From positions 191,054-255,053 of the forward strand of contig CAVVNJ010000008.1 of NCBI GenBank assembly GCA_963749595.1: a stretch of 64,000 nucleotides of DNA. Reading direction: 5' to 3'. The DNA comes from Candidatus Woesebacteria bacterium (GTDB taxonomy: Bacteria > Patescibacteriota > Microgenomatia > UBA1400 > UBA1396). Below, piece after piece: positions 20,427-30,526 of the stretch (positions are counted from its first letter, which is position 1; each line of letters opens with the position of its first letter). The position numbers were made by a program, and so were the translations under genes. The notes beneath the pieces were generated by a model that saw only the letters and a list, made by a program, of their open reading frames with translations, ran no database searches and was not told where the DNA came from.

Positions 20427-20844
20427 GCTGCTGAACGCGTGTCCCGTCAGCGCGTCCGGCGGCCAATTTAAGTACTTTGCCGGTTAGCGGGCCGGGCTCG
20501 ATACCGGGATTTTCACCCCGAACTTGATCGATTAGGGCCATTAATTCTTCGTCGCTCAGTTGCTGGGGGAGGTATTTTTTCATCAGCGCCATCTTTTCCG
20601 TCTCTTCATCGACCAGATCCTGACGACCGCCTCCCGCGTACTGAGTAATCGCTTCCTCGGTATTTTTCATCACCCGCTTCACGATCTGCAGGAATTCGGA
20701 CTCGGTGAGCGGGGCGTGATCAGGTTTGTCAATTTGCGAGTTTTTCACCTGGGCCATCAGGTAGCGGACCGTTTCCAGGCCGCGTTTGTTGCCGGCGCGA
20801 AGGGCCTCTTTCATGTCTTGGGTTAAGGTGCCGAGAACGTCCAT
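20413..20844 (-). CDS. GatB/YqeY domain protein
   Basis: Full-length similarity to the YqeY pattern (LKDAMKA.., YLPQQLSDEEL, GKVMG-like). Confidence 0.8.
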   Translation of the reverse strand: MDVLGTLTQDMKEALRAGNKRGLETVRYLMAQVKNSQIDKPDHAPLTESEFLQIVKRVMKNTEEAITQYAGGGRQDLVDEETEKMALMKKYLPQQLSDEELMALIDQVRGENPGIEPGPLTGKVLKLAAGRADGTRVQQLMRG

Positions 20845-20846
20845 CT

Positions 20847-21152
20847 TTACCTCCGATTTGGTTGTGAGTTCATTAATATCTGGAAAAAATAAATCAAGTC
20901 ACGGCCGTAATCGGTCAAAGCATAGCGAAGATTTTCCTGAGCCGCCAAACCCTTGTCGATGAGTTCAGCCATTCCCTCAGGAACGATTGGACCAACGATC
21001 AGGTTTTCCCGACAGATCGCGACCAGTTCCTCCTGTGTTGAGTGGTGGTGATTATTGAGGATCAAGAGCATCGTTACGGCGCCCCAAGTATTGCACCCGA
21101 CAGCCTCGATGATGTTCCGGGGGATTTCTCGCGGCAACTGGTCACTGGTCAT
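20847..21152 (-). CDS. hypothetical protein, possible winged-helix regulator
   Basis: The segment STQEELVAI...MAELIDKGL...RYALTDYGRDL looks wHTH-like. This is weak evidence. Confidence 0.35.
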   Translation of the reverse strand: MTSDQLPREIPRNIIEAVGCNTWGAVTMLLILNNHHHSTQEELVAICRENLIVGPIVPEGMAELIDKGLAAQENLRYALTDYGRDLIYFFQILMNSQPNRR

Positions 21153-21184
21153 GCCTTTAGTATATCAGGTGCTATGATGTTCTG

Positions 21185-22168
21185 ATGAGTGAGGGAGTTT
21201 TTTCGCGGGTCCTGATCACTGGCGGCGGCGGCTTTATTGGCTCCAATCTTTTGGCCGAATTACTTCGCCGTCATCCTGGGGCTAAAGTAACGATTGTCGA
21301 TAATTTTCTCACCGGCCGGCGGGAAAATCTTGAACCTTGGCAGGGTGATTCTCAAGTCGAGTTAGTGGAGCAGGATCTGACTGATCATCATTGGCTCGAG
21401 CCATGGTTGAAAGACCGCGAAGCAGAGCCGTTTAGTTTAATCATCCATTTGGCGTCTCCAGCCAGTCCCCCGCGCTATCAAGCCGAGCCAGTGCGCACCT
21501 ATCTCGTCAATAGCCACGTGACCCATCAGCTTTGCCAACACGCCCTCCAAACCCAAGCCCGGATGTTATTCGCCTCCACGTCCGAAGTATATGGCGATCC
21601 GCTGGAACATCCCCAACGGGAAACTTACTGGGGTAACGTCAATCCGAATGGCCAACGATCCTGCTATGACGAAGCCAAGCGTCTGGGCGAGACGGTCTGC
21701 GGAGTACACCACCGTGATTTTGGCGCCGATATCCGCATCATGCGAATTTTCAACACGTATGGTCCCAAGATGGATCCCTATGACGGACGGGTAATCCCTA
21801 GTTTTTGCCTGAGCGCACTACAGGGGCAGCCAATCGCCCTCTTTGGTAGCGGAGACCAGACCCGCTCTTTTTGTTATGTCGATGACCTGGTGGCGGGGAT
21901 TCTGGCTTATGTGGAAAAGGATGGTTTGGCCGGAGAGACCATCAACTTGGGCAATCCAGGCGAATTTTCGCTGAAAGAATTGGTGCAGGAACTGGAGAAA
22001 ATTGTTGGACGCGAACTTGAGTTTGAGCATGGGCCTTTGCCGTCCGATGACCCGCAGCGTCGCCGTCCAGATGTTAGCAAGGCCGAGCGATTGTTGGGCT
22101 GGTCCCCGAAGATCCCTTTAGCTACCGGTTTGCGCTATACCTATGATTACTTTGCATCGTTGATATGA
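21185..22168 (+). CDS. UDP-glucuronate decarboxylase / NAD-dependent sugar epimerase-dehydratase
   Basis: GGGGFIGSNL Rossmann motif and the catalytic YDEAKRLGE (YxxxK), in UXS-like overall order. Confidence 0.8.
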   Translation: MSEGVFSRVLITGGGGFIGSNLLAELLRRHPGAKVTIVDNFLTGRRENLEPWQGDSQVELVEQDLTDHHWLEPWLKDREAEPFSLIIHLASPASPPRYQAEPVRTYLVNSHVTHQLCQHALQTQARMLFASTSEVYGDPLEHPQRETYWGNVNPNGQRSCYDEAKRLGETVCGVHHRDFGADIRIMRIFNTYGPKMDPYDGRVIPSFCLSALQGQPIALFGSGDQTRSFCYVDDLVAGILAYVEKDGLAGETINLGNPGEFSLKELVQELEKIVGRELEFEHGPLPSDDPQRRRPDVSKAERLLGWSPKIPLATGLRYTYDYFASLI

Positions 22169-23421
22169 CGGAGCGGCAGTATCGGTTTTGGCAGTGGGGA
22201 GTCGTGGCGGCCGCGCTACTGGTGCGTTTGCCGCTGCTGACCGGTTCTTTCTGGTTAGATGAGGCCGCTCAAGCCCTCGAAAGCGCGCGGCCGCTGACTC
22301 AACAATTTTCATTAGCCGGAGATTTTCAACCGCCATTATTTCATCTCTTGGTCGCTCTCTTGGTTCGTATCTCCAGGGAAGAGTGGTGGTTGCGGCTAAG
22401 CTCACTCTTGCCGGCGGTGGGCACGGTCTGGCTAGTCATGGGTTTCTGCCGGCGCTGGCTGGATCGGAAGGGAAGTTTGCTAGTTGGCCTGGCGGTCGCC
22501 TTTTCCAGCTTATTCGTCTTTTATTCGCAAGAACTTCGGCCATATTCCCTTGCCGTTTTTTGGGCGATTCTGGCCTGGAAATATTTTGAGGAGCAGCGCT
22601 GGCGAAAACTCTGCCTGGTGGCTACTTTGGGCATCTTTACCTCATATGTCTATCTTTTTTGGCTGGCCGCTCTATTAGCAGTCTCAATCGTGAAGCGCCA
22701 ATTAAAACCGACTTTCAAAGCGCTGTCGGTCGCTAGTTTGTTCTTCCTGTCCTGGTGGCCCCATTTTCTGGAGCAACTACGGGTTGGGCAACAACTAAGG
22801 ATGATTCTTCCTGGTTGGGAGGCGGTGGTGAGCCTACCCCAGCTAAAAGCCGGGCTACTGGTCCCCACCAAGTTTCTGACTGGTCTTTTGCCGCTCGATT
22901 GGCTGAGTTGGCAGATCGTTCTGATCGGCGGTTCTTTAGCCCTAATTTTGAGCGTAGTACTATGGGATGCATGGTCGGCTAGCCGGACAGATCAAGGCCG
23001 GGTAATCCAGTGGTCAATTTTACTGGCGTTACCCTTTGTGGCGGCTTGGCTTACTTCTTTCTTTACTCCGGTTCTGCAGCCCAAACGAGTTCTGTGGTTA
23101 GTTTTGCCCACGGCAGTTTTTCTGGGTTGGCTTGGCCGGAGGCGGTCCCAACTGGGCAAGTTAGTCATCGGGTTGTATTTTCTCTGGCAAACGGTCGGCT
23201 TGATCGGTTATTGGACTCAACCTTCCTGGCAACGCGAGAATTGGCGAACGGCCATCACCCAAATCGATAGTCAATTTTCAGCGACCAATACCGCCATCGT
23301 CTTTGGCTTCAGCAACCCTTTCTCCCCCTGGGAATGGTATCCCCATCAGGCTTACCAAACTTACTCGACTGGACTTAGTCCGCTCCGAGATTTGGAACAG
23401 GTTAGAGCCGCGTTGACCTGA
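22165..23421 (+). CDS. polytopic membrane glycosyltransferase, GT39/ArnT-PMT-like (C-terminus may continue in another frame)
   Basis: About 11 TM segments, the early motif FWLDEA, and paralogy to 44871-46517. See the finding on the downstream +1 frame. Confidence 0.6.
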   Translation: MTERQYRFWQWGVVAAALLVRLPLLTGSFWLDEAAQALESARPLTQQFSLAGDFQPPLFHLLVALLVRISREEWWLRLSSLLPAVGTVWLVMGFCRRWLDRKGSLLVGLAVAFSSLFVFYSQELRPYSLAVFWAILAWKYFEEQRWRKLCLVATLGIFTSYVYLFWLAALLAVSIVKRQLKPTFKALSVASLFFLSWWPHFLEQLRVGQQLRMILPGWEAVVSLPQLKAGLLVPTKFLTGLLPLDWLSWQIVLIGGSLALILSVVLWDAWSASRTDQGRVIQWSILLALPFVAAWLTSFFTPVLQPKRVLWLVLPTAVFLGWLGRRRSQLGKLVIGLYFLWQTVGLIGYWTQPSWQRENWRTAITQIDSQFSATNTAIVFGFSNPFSPWEWYPHQAYQTYSTGLSPLRDLEQVRAALT

Positions 23422-23630
23422 TCTGGAGCATTATCGCTACGTCATTGTCTTCGATTATCTGCGGGACCTCACCGATCCTTACCGACTCATCGAAGCCCGG
23501 CTGGCGGAAATGAAGTATCGCCGTCTGGGGGAGTATACCTATCCGAATCTGGGAATTATCCGTGTTTTCGAACAGAATCAGTTGTATGCTGAAGGCGCAG
23601 TATGGCCCATCCAACGAACTGTCGGTCCTG

Positions 23631-24726
23631 ATGGATGTTTCCTCGATTCCGTACGGACGGGGGGTATCGCGTTATACCAGTAATTTAGTACCGCGCTTGG
23701 CTTCCCGGCCCGAGATCAAACTCAGCCTGTTCGGCGTGTTCGCGCGGCCATTACGCGGAGCTTTATGATTGGGCCGCGCAGTATGGCTCGCGGGGTCAAT
23801 AAACATATCTGGAAGTTTCCGCCGCGTTGGCTGCAAATATTGTGGCGGACCGCCGGGGTGCCGCGGGTTGAATGGATCGAGCCCTCGGCAAAAGTGTTTC
23901 ACGCCTGGGATTGGCAGTTGGCGCCGATCGGCCGGGTGCCGCAAGTGGTGACGATTCATGACTTGGCGTACCGACTTTTTCCCGAAACCGCTCATCCGGA
24001 TGTGCGTGACCCAATATGATCGCCTGATCGCCACGCTGGAGAAGCAGCCGCAGATGCAGGTTATTGCCGTGTCCGAAGCCACCAAAACCGATATTGTCAA
24101 TTTGACCGCCATTGCGTCCGATCGAGTGCACGTGGTTTACGAAGCCTTGCCGGAGGAAGCCAGAGTGGTGCCGTCTGAAGACCGAGCGGAGCGGGGTTTT
24201 GGCGCGCTTGGGATTGCACCGACCGTTTCTACTGGCGGTGGGTACGACCGAACCGCGCAAAAACTTAGGCCGAATCATTGACGCCTGGAAGAAAATTAAC
24301 GATCGGTTTGATTTGGTTATTGCGGGTGCCGCGGGTTGGGACAAGTTGGAGCAGGTTGCGGGCATTCATTATCTGGGTTATGTTACGTCGACCGACCTGG
24401 CTGCTCTTTACCGTAGCGCTCACGCTCTAGTCTTTGCTTCCCTGTACGAAGGTTTTGGCTTGCCGATACTGGAGGCCTACTTCCATCGGTGTCCAGTGGT
24501 GACGTCCAACGTCTCCAGTATGGCCGAGATTGCCGGGCCGCCTGCGATTCTGGTTGACCCGTATAATGTTGAGATGATCGCCGAGGCCTGTTTGGCCATT
24601 GAGTCTCCGGAAACCGCGGCGCGCAAACGACGGATCAAGGATATGCAGGCGGTATTAGAAAAATTTTCCTGGCAGCGGGCAGCGGAGGAAACCGCTCGCG
24701 TATACCGCCTGGCCGCTCGGGAGTGA
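23631..24726 (+). pseudogene. glycosyltransferase family 1, reading frame broken at least three times
   Basis: GT1 sequence is spread over frames 0, 2, 0 and 1. The pieces are VLMDVSSIPYGRGVSRY, then VVTIHDLAYRLFPE, then VIAVSEATKTDIV..RVHVVYEAL, then FLLAVGTTEPRKNL..SLYEGFGLPILEA. Confidence 0.65.
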
Positions 24727-24733
24727 AAAGACG

Positions 24734-25873
24734 ATGAAACAGTATCACCTGGGAATTGATGGTAATGAAGCGAACGTGGCCAATCGGGTTGGCAGCAACG
24801 TTTACGCTTGGGAATTACTTCTGGCCATGGAGCAGTATCTCCGTCAGGAGCCGCTGTTTGTCGTGACCATTTATCTCAGTGGCCCGAAGTTGGCGGGTTG
24901 GCCGGAAGAAAGACCTGGTTGGAAATATCGGATTATCCCCCCGGCCAAACTCTGGACCCAGTGGCGTTTGCCGTTGGAGTTGTATCGCGGGCGCGACCAG
25001 GACTTGTTTTTTTCTCCCGGGCATTACAGTCCGCGCTGGTCTCCGGCGCCAACCGTTCCAACAATCATGGATTTGGCTTTCGAATATTATCCTGATTTTT
25101 TCCGGCGCAAAGATGTTTTGCAGTTGCAGGCTTGGACCAAGTACTCCGTTGCCCAAGCCAGGCACATCTTTGCGATCTCGGAATTTACCAAACAGGATAT
25201 TGCCCGGCATTACGGTCGGCGAGAAAGTGATATCACCGTGATTTTTCCGGCGGTTAATAAAATAAAACGTGTGCCGGCAGCGGAGGTCAAGCGACATCTG
25301 GAAAAATTGGGAATTCTGCCGCCATATTTGGTGTATTTAGGCACGATCCAGCCACGGAAAAATCTGGAACGTTTGGTCGGCGCCTTTGAGCGGTTGGCCG
25401 AGCAAGGTTGGCCGGGACAACTGGTGTTGGCAGGAAAAGTTGGCTGGCTGGGGGAGCCGATTATGGCCAGGATACAAGCCTCTCCCTGGCGGGAAAGAGT
25501 AATCCAAACCGGTTATGTGAGCAGTGAAGTGAAAGCCGCCTTAATTCAGGAGGCGGAATGTACGGCGTTGGTGGGCCTCTATGAGGGTTTCGGTATTCCG
25601 CCATTGGAATCGATTCAGTTGGGTACCATTCCGGTTGTATCGCAAACTGCGTCCTTGCCCGAGGTGGTGGGCAAGGGTGGAATTTTAGTCGATCCGCTCA
25701 ACGAAACCGACATCGCTCGCGGATTAAACGAAGTCGTTCGTTTAACACCGGCAGAAAGAAGCAAACGCCTGGGTCAGATGGTGGCCAATGCCTCGCAATT
25801 TTCTTGGGAGAATAGTGCGGAGAAAGCCAGCCGGACGTTATGGGAGTTGATGACCCGGACTCGCGTTTTATGA
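24734..25873 (+). CDS. glycosyltransferase family 1 (intact)
   Basis: LVYLGTIQPRKNL and GLYEGFGIPPLES motifs. Confidence 0.8.
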   Translation: MKQYHLGIDGNEANVANRVGSNVYAWELLLAMEQYLRQEPLFVVTIYLSGPKLAGWPEERPGWKYRIIPPAKLWTQWRLPLELYRGRDQDLFFSPGHYSPRWSPAPTVPTIMDLAFEYYPDFFRRKDVLQLQAWTKYSVAQARHIFAISEFTKQDIARHYGRRESDITVIFPAVNKIKRVPAAEVKRHLEKLGILPPYLVYLGTIQPRKNLERLVGAFERLAEQGWPGQLVLAGKVGWLGEPIMARIQASPWRERVIQTGYVSSEVKAALIQEAECTALVGLYEGFGIPPLESIQLGTIPVVSQTASLPEVVGKGGILVDPLNETDIARGLNEVVRLTPAERSKRLGQMVANASQFSWENSAEKASRTLWELMTRTRVL

Positions 25874-26358
25874 TCATTCTCGGGGTTGATCCCGGATATG
25901 ATCGTTGTGGTTGGGCCGTGATCGAGTCGATTGGCAATCGCTTTCAACCGCTAGCGTTTGATTGTCTTCAGACCACAAAACAGGACGGCAAATGGTTGCG
26001 ATTAGACCGGATTAGGCAACATTTTGTCACTTTACTGGAACAGTATCCGGTGGCCGCTGTGGCGGTGGAATCGCTTTTTTTTTCTCGCAATGTTTCCACG
26101 GCTTTACCAGTCAGCGAGGTGCGAGGTCTGATTTTTGGGGTCGCGTTGGCGAAACAAATACCGATTTTTGAGTATCCCCCGGCGAGCGTCAAGTTGGCCG
26201 TTACCGGCTACGGACGGGCCGAAAAAGATCAGGTGACCAAAATGGCGGTCCGGTTGCTCGGACTTGAAAAAATCCCGAAGATTGACGATACTGGTGATGC
26301 TTTGGCGGTGGCCCTGACCCATGGGTTGCAAGCTGGTTCCCGTCTGGCAAACTTATGA
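25870..26358 (+). CDS. ruvC: crossover junction endodeoxyribonuclease RuvC
   Basis: MIILGVDPGYDRCGWAVIE and the C-terminal DDTGDALAVAL. ATGA overlap with the upstream gene. Confidence 0.85.
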   Translation: MIILGVDPGYDRCGWAVIESIGNRFQPLAFDCLQTTKQDGKWLRLDRIRQHFVTLLEQYPVAAVAVESLFFSRNVSTALPVSEVRGLIFGVALAKQIPIFEYPPASVKLAVTGYGRAEKDQVTKMAVRLLGLEKIPKIDDTGDALAVALTHGLQAGSRLANL

Positions 26359-26927
26359 TTCGCACTTTGACCGGCCGACCGCAAGCTTTTTTTGAAGAGG
26401 GCGTGGTTTTGGAGGTGGGCGGGGTTGGTTATGAGATTTTTTTGGATCAACCAACTCAGCGCCAACTGGAGACGGTTGAGCAGACTACTCTGCAGATTTA
26501 TACCTTGGTGAGGGAAGAGGCTTTACAGTTATTTGGTTTTCGTTCCGCGGACGAAAGACAGCTGTTCGTTCAACTCTTGTCAGTAAGCGGGGTGGGGCCA
26601 AAATCGGCGCTGCATGTTTTAGCCAATGGTGCGGCGGCGGTGCGCCAGGCAATTCGCCATTCCGACGTGGCCTTTTTCCAAGCCGTACCGCGGCTGGGCA
26701 AGAAAACCGCGCAAAAAATCATTGTTGATCTGCAGTCCAAGTTGGGGGCCGAGGCCGAGTTGGATTTGGCTCCTCCAGGGTCGCTCAAACATGATTTGCG
26801 TGAGGCTTTGCTCGGCTTGGGCTACGACGAGCGTTCCATTCAGAGCTTGATGCGTTCCGTTGATGATTCCTGGTCGATTGAGGTCGCGCTTAAATGGGCG
26901 CTGCGGGAATTGGGGGCCAAACGATGA
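26355..26927 (+). CDS. ruvA: Holliday junction DNA helicase RuvA
   Basis: OB-fold N-terminus, HhH motif SVSGVGPKSAL, and its position between ruvC and ruvB. Confidence 0.85.
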   Translation: MIRTLTGRPQAFFEEGVVLEVGGVGYEIFLDQPTQRQLETVEQTTLQIYTLVREEALQLFGFRSADERQLFVQLLSVSGVGPKSALHVLANGAAAVRQAIRHSDVAFFQAVPRLGKKTAQKIIVDLQSKLGAEAELDLAPPGSLKHDLREALLGLGYDERSIQSLMRSVDDSWSIEVALKWALRELGAKR

Positions 26928-27877
26928 GTCCAGTGGAGTCAGTGATCACGCCGGAAGAAGAACAGCTTTTTACGTCGCTGCGGGCGGCGGCGTGGCCGGA
27001 GTTTCAGGGTCAGGACCAGGTCAAGGAAGCCTTGCAGGTGGCCATCGCCGCCGCCCGTCAACGCCAGGAAGCCCTTGAACACACTTTGCTGTACGGCCCG
27101 CCGGGATTGGGTAAAACGACACTCTCCCATCTGATCGCCCAAGAAATGGGGGGACAACTGCGGACGGCCAGCGGTACAGGCCTTTCAAAAATTGGTGATC
27201 TAGCGGCTATCTTGACCAATCTAAATCCCTACGACGTCCTATTTATTGACGAAATTCACCGTTTGCCCAAAGCGGTTGAGGAAACGCTCTATCCCGCCAT
27301 GGAAGACTTTGTTTTGGATATCGTTCTTGGCAAAGGGCCATCGGCTCGGGTCGTACGTTTGGATCTGCCGCCGTTCACGCTGATCGGGGCCACCACGCGT
27401 TTTGGTTCGCTGTCCGGTCCATTCCGGGATCGCTTTGGCATGGTTCACCGCGTCAAATATTATGATCCGGAAAATCTAGGTCGCATTATTGGTCAGGCGG
27501 CAGGAAAACTTGGCGTCACCATTGGCGAGGTAGAGAGCGGACATTTAGCCCGGCGATCACGAGGGACACCCCGGATTGCGCTACGCCTGTTAAAACGTGT
27601 GCGGGATGTGGCTCAGTTGGCCGGTTCAGCGGCGATTGAGGCGCAGCATGTCGGTGAGGCCTTAAGATTGCAGCAAGTTGACGAAGAAGGTTTGGATGAA
27701 CATGATCGTCGTTATCTTCAAATTTTGCGGGACCAGTTCGCTGGCGGTCCGGTGGGAGTGCAGACCATGGCGGCCGCGCTTTCCGAAGACCCGGGGACGC
27801 TGGAAGAAGTGATCGAGCCTTACTTAATGCAGATCGGCAAGCTCAAACGAACGGCGCGCGGCCGCATGTTAGTATAG
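26924..27877 (+). CDS. ruvB: Holliday junction DNA helicase RuvB
   Basis: Walker [10 protein letters not shown], Walker B FIDEIHRL and sensor GTPRIA. ATG 26924 overlaps the ruvA stop. Confidence 0.9.
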   Translation: MSPVESVITPEEEQLFTSLRAAAWPEFQGQDQVKEALQVAIAAARQRQEALEHTLLYGPPGLGKTTLSHLIAQEMGGQLRTASGTGLSKIGDLAAILTNLNPYDVLFIDEIHRLPKAVEETLYPAMEDFVLDIVLGKGPSARVVRLDLPPFTLIGATTRFGSLSGPFRDRFGMVHRVKYYDPENLGRIIGQAAGKLGVTIGEVESGHLARRSRGTPRIALRLLKRVRDVAQLAGSAAIEAQHVGEALRLQQVDEEGLDEHDRRYLQILRDQFAGGPVGVQTMAAALSEDPGTLEEVIEPYLMQIGKLKRTARGRMLV

Positions 27878-27881
27878 GTCT

Positions 27882-28487
27882 ATGTCATCTCCTTTCCACG
27901 ATCGCATGGGACAGCCACTTGCCTGGTCGGCGGCATTTAAGAAAATCTTTCGCCGCTTCATCGCTTATGGCGAAGATTTCGAGCTGCTCTGGCTGGCTTG
28001 GGTAGCGGAAGTTCCGCTACATTGGTTCCGGCGGTTTTTTTTCCGTCTGGCTGGGGTGAAAATTGGACCAAAATCAACTGTGCACATTGGGGCAAAGTTT
28101 TACGCTCCGCGGGGCGTTTCAATCGGCGAGGGAACTCTGGTGGGGGATCATTCCGTATTGGATGGGCGAGCTAAGTTGATGATCGGTAGTCACGTGGATA
28201 TTGCCTCCCAAGTGATGATCTACAACAGTGAACATGATCTTCAGGCTGACGATTTCCGACCGGTTGATGCTCCGGTTAAGATTGGTGATTACGTCTTTAT
28301 TGGTCCGCGGGCGATTATTTTGCCTGGCGTTTCGATTGGGCGGGGAGCGGTGGTGGCGGCCGGGGCGGTGGTGACCAAAGACGTTCCGGAAAGAACAATC
28401 GTTGGTGGTGTTCCGGCGAAGTTGATTGGCGAGCGTCCACTGACGGATTTTCAATATCGACTAGGTCGACCGCGGTTGTTTCAGTGA
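27882..28487 (+). CDS. hexapeptide-repeat (LbH) acetyltransferase
   Basis: Repeated [LIV]G-x4 hexapeptides ([31 protein letters not shown]). Confidence 0.75.
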   Translation: MSSPFHDRMGQPLAWSAAFKKIFRRFIAYGEDFELLWLAWVAEVPLHWFRRFFFRLAGVKIGPKSTVHIGAKFYAPRGVSIGEGTLVGDHSVLDGRAKLMIGSHVDIASQVMIYNSEHDLQADDFRPVDAPVKIGDYVFIGPRAIILPGVSIGRGAVVAAGAVVTKDVPERTIVGGVPAKLIGERPLTDFQYRLGRPRLFQ

Positions 28488-28530
28488 GTTCGGACGTATT
28501 TTTCACAATCCTCTTCACGGGTTCGGACAT

Positions 28531-29075
28531 CTATATCCTCCCAGCAATTTACGCCCAAAATGGTCCGTAAATGATCCTGAGATGTTCCCTTAATGTTCCA
28601 CTATTGGTCCCGATTTAGTCCTGGTTGGTCGAATAAGGACCGTTTAGGTGCCTTTAGAGTGCCGACTTTAAATTGGGGACTTTTTGAGTGCCTTTTGCGG
28701 ACCATTAATTTTAGAGAACTAGATCGGTTGCAGAGGGTGGTAGATATTGGGACCTAAGGTCGATCGAACGTGATAATTATGAACCTAACCCTACCCGACT
28801 TCATTCCCTGGACTCAAATAGTCCCAAAAGAGTCCCTAGTTTTAAATTGGCACCCAGATGGCTCACTAATGATCCCCAAATTACCACTATGGACGTAAAT
28901 GGCACCCAAATGTTCCTCCCAGCGGATCTTTTCAATGCCATTACCTACCCATTTGAGGCGCAAATTGGTGGGGAGATATGTATTCCCAGCCATATAAACT
29001 CGACCATCCGGTTTCATGGGAACTTCAGGACTAATTTCTATGTACTAGTGTACTAGTACATGAAAATGGGGGAGA
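28531..29075 (-). repeat. left arm of a diverged inverted repeat of about 0.5 kb (pairs with 34294-34773)
   Basis: My hand alignment of the reverse complement of this segment to 34294-34773. A 36-nt block including the palindrome is identical. A 180-nt block differs at 31 positions. The central part aligns poorly and has a length difference of about 65 nt. Confidence 0.8.
29040..29061. promoter_or_regulatory. near-perfect 22-nt palindrome ATGTACTAGT-GT-ACTAGTACAT (tandem TGTACTAG octamers); candidate operator
   Basis: Read directly from the sequence. It is identical, as the reverse complement, at 34306-34327, and forms the best conserved part of both repeat arms. Confidence 0.4.
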
Positions 29076-29143
29076 TATTTTTTCCGGCTGTTAGTTAATT
29101 GTCACGCAAACATTTTTCGAAGCCAAAACAATTTTTTTGCCCC

Positions 29144-29172
29144 TTGTGTCGGGCTGATTTCCGGGTTATAAA
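29144..29172 (+). promoter_or_regulatory. possible sigma70-type promoter upstream of mraZ
   Basis: TTGTGT (29144-29149), a 17-nt spacer, then TATAAA (29167-29172), about 40 nt before the mraZ ATG. This is a pattern match only. Confidence 0.3.
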
Positions 29173-29213
29173 AGTGAATAGGGAGAAAAAGGAAAAGTAT
29201 CCTAGAAAAAAAC

Positions 29214-29655
29214 ATGTTACTTGGGAAATCCTATCACCTGCTCGATTCACAACGACGGGTGACTGTCCCGAAAAAGCATGAGGGGCGAACTTGGCAGCGC
29301 ACCGATTTTGACCCGCGGCCTGGATGGCGGACTTTTCCTTTTACCGGAGCCATTCTGGTCCTCGCTCGTGAACAATCTGGAGAATCAACCTTTTACCAAA
29401 AAACGGGCCCGCGATTTTTTGCGTTTGATGAGCAACGATGCTTATCCAGTGGAACCGGATCGCTTGGGTCGGATCACAATCCCCGAGGCACTGGCCAAAC
29501 TGGCCGGCTTGGGGAAAGACATCGTGGTAGTCGGTTCTCTCCAGTATGCCGAAGTTTGGGATCGTGACCGCTACCATCAGTATCTGGAATCAATCGCCGA
29601 TCAGGCGGAAGAAATTGCCGAATCATTGGAATGGGGAGAAGACCATGCACATTAG
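29214..29655 (+). pseudogene. mraZ: transcriptional regulator MraZ, split by a 1-nt frameshift next to the A5 run 29271-29275
   Basis: Frame 0 gives MLLGKSYHLLDSQRRVTVPKK, carrying the first DxxxR motif. Frame +1 from 29278 gives RGELGSAPILTRGLDGGLFLLP...PDRLGRITIP, carrying the second DxxxR motif. Together they make a full-length MraZ. Confidence 0.75.
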
Positions 29656-30526
29656 CGTTTTGAAAACCGAAAGCATCGCCGGACTCAATATCAAGGCTGG
29701 CCGTTGGTATCTGGATGGAACCTTTGGCCGGGGCGGTCATACCCGGTCAATTTTGGATGCGGGTGGCAAAGTGATCGCTTTTGATCTGGATGAGCAAGCC
29801 ATCGAATTTGGCCAAAAAGAATTCGCCAAGGAGCTGGAAACGGGCCAGCTGCGCCTGGTCCATAGCAACTTTGCTAACTTGAGTCGGGAGTTGTTTGGTA
29901 TGGGTTTAGAACAACCCAGTTTGCACGGCGCTCTTTTTGATTTAGGAATGAGCTCCAATCAATTGGAAGAATCCGGTCGTGGCTTTTCATTTCAAAAGGA
30001 TGAACCGTTAGATATGCGTATGAGCCGCGAGCTCGGCGTGACTGCTGCTGATTTGGTTAATGCCTTACCGGAGAAACATCTAAAAAATCTCTTTTGGGAG
30101 AACGCTCAGGAGACATTTGCTAGCCCGATTGCCCAAGCGATCGCGGAACGCCGCCAAACCCAGCCTTTCCGGACCACTAAGGATTTGGCCGAGCTGGTGA
30201 CGCGGATTAAACGGGGTCGCGGCCATACGCATCTGCACCCGGCGACCAAAATTTTCCAAGCTCTCCGGATTGCCGTCAACATGGAGCTCGATAACCTGAC
30301 GGTCATGTTGGACCAAGTTCTTAATTGGCTAACTCCGGGTTCTCGCTTGGTGGTGATCAGTTTCCATGAAGGAGAGGATCGGTTGGTCAAACACCGATTC
30401 AAGATATGGGAAGACCTGGGAAGGGGCGGGCAAACCACTAAAAAGCCGGTCGAACCAGAGGAAGAGGAAGTGACGGCTAATCCGCGCAGTCGAAGTGCCA
30501 AGCTAAGGATTTTTGAGGTCGTATGA
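29645..30526 (+). CDS. rsmH: 16S rRNA (cytosine1402-N4)-methyltransferase RsmH
   Basis: DGTFGRGGHT SAM motif, FDLGMSS and SFHEGEDR. I chose ATG 29645 (MHISVL). Confidence 0.9.
   Translation: MHISVLKTESIAGLNIKAGRWYLDGTFGRGGHTRSILDAGGKVIAFDLDEQAIEFGQKEFAKELETGQLRLVHSNFANLSRELFGMGLEQPSLHGALFDLGMSSNQLEESGRGFSFQKDEPLDMRMSRELGVTAADLVNALPEKHLKNLFWENAQETFASPIAQAIAERRQTQPFRTTKDLAELVTRIKRGRGHTHLHPATKIFQALRIAVNMELDNLTVMLDQVLNWLTPGSRLVVISFHEGEDRLVKHRFKIWEDLGRGGQTTKKPVEPEEEEVTANPRSRSAKLRIFEVV

Noticed and set aside
28847-29056. The inward-facing ORF of the left arm (69 aa), and ORF 34504-34743 on the minus strand of the right arm.
   Set aside because: In each case the corresponding frame in the other arm is interrupted by stop codons (three for the left-arm ORF's counterpart, two for the right-arm ORF's counterpart), and the differences I compared are mostly non-synonymous in these frames.
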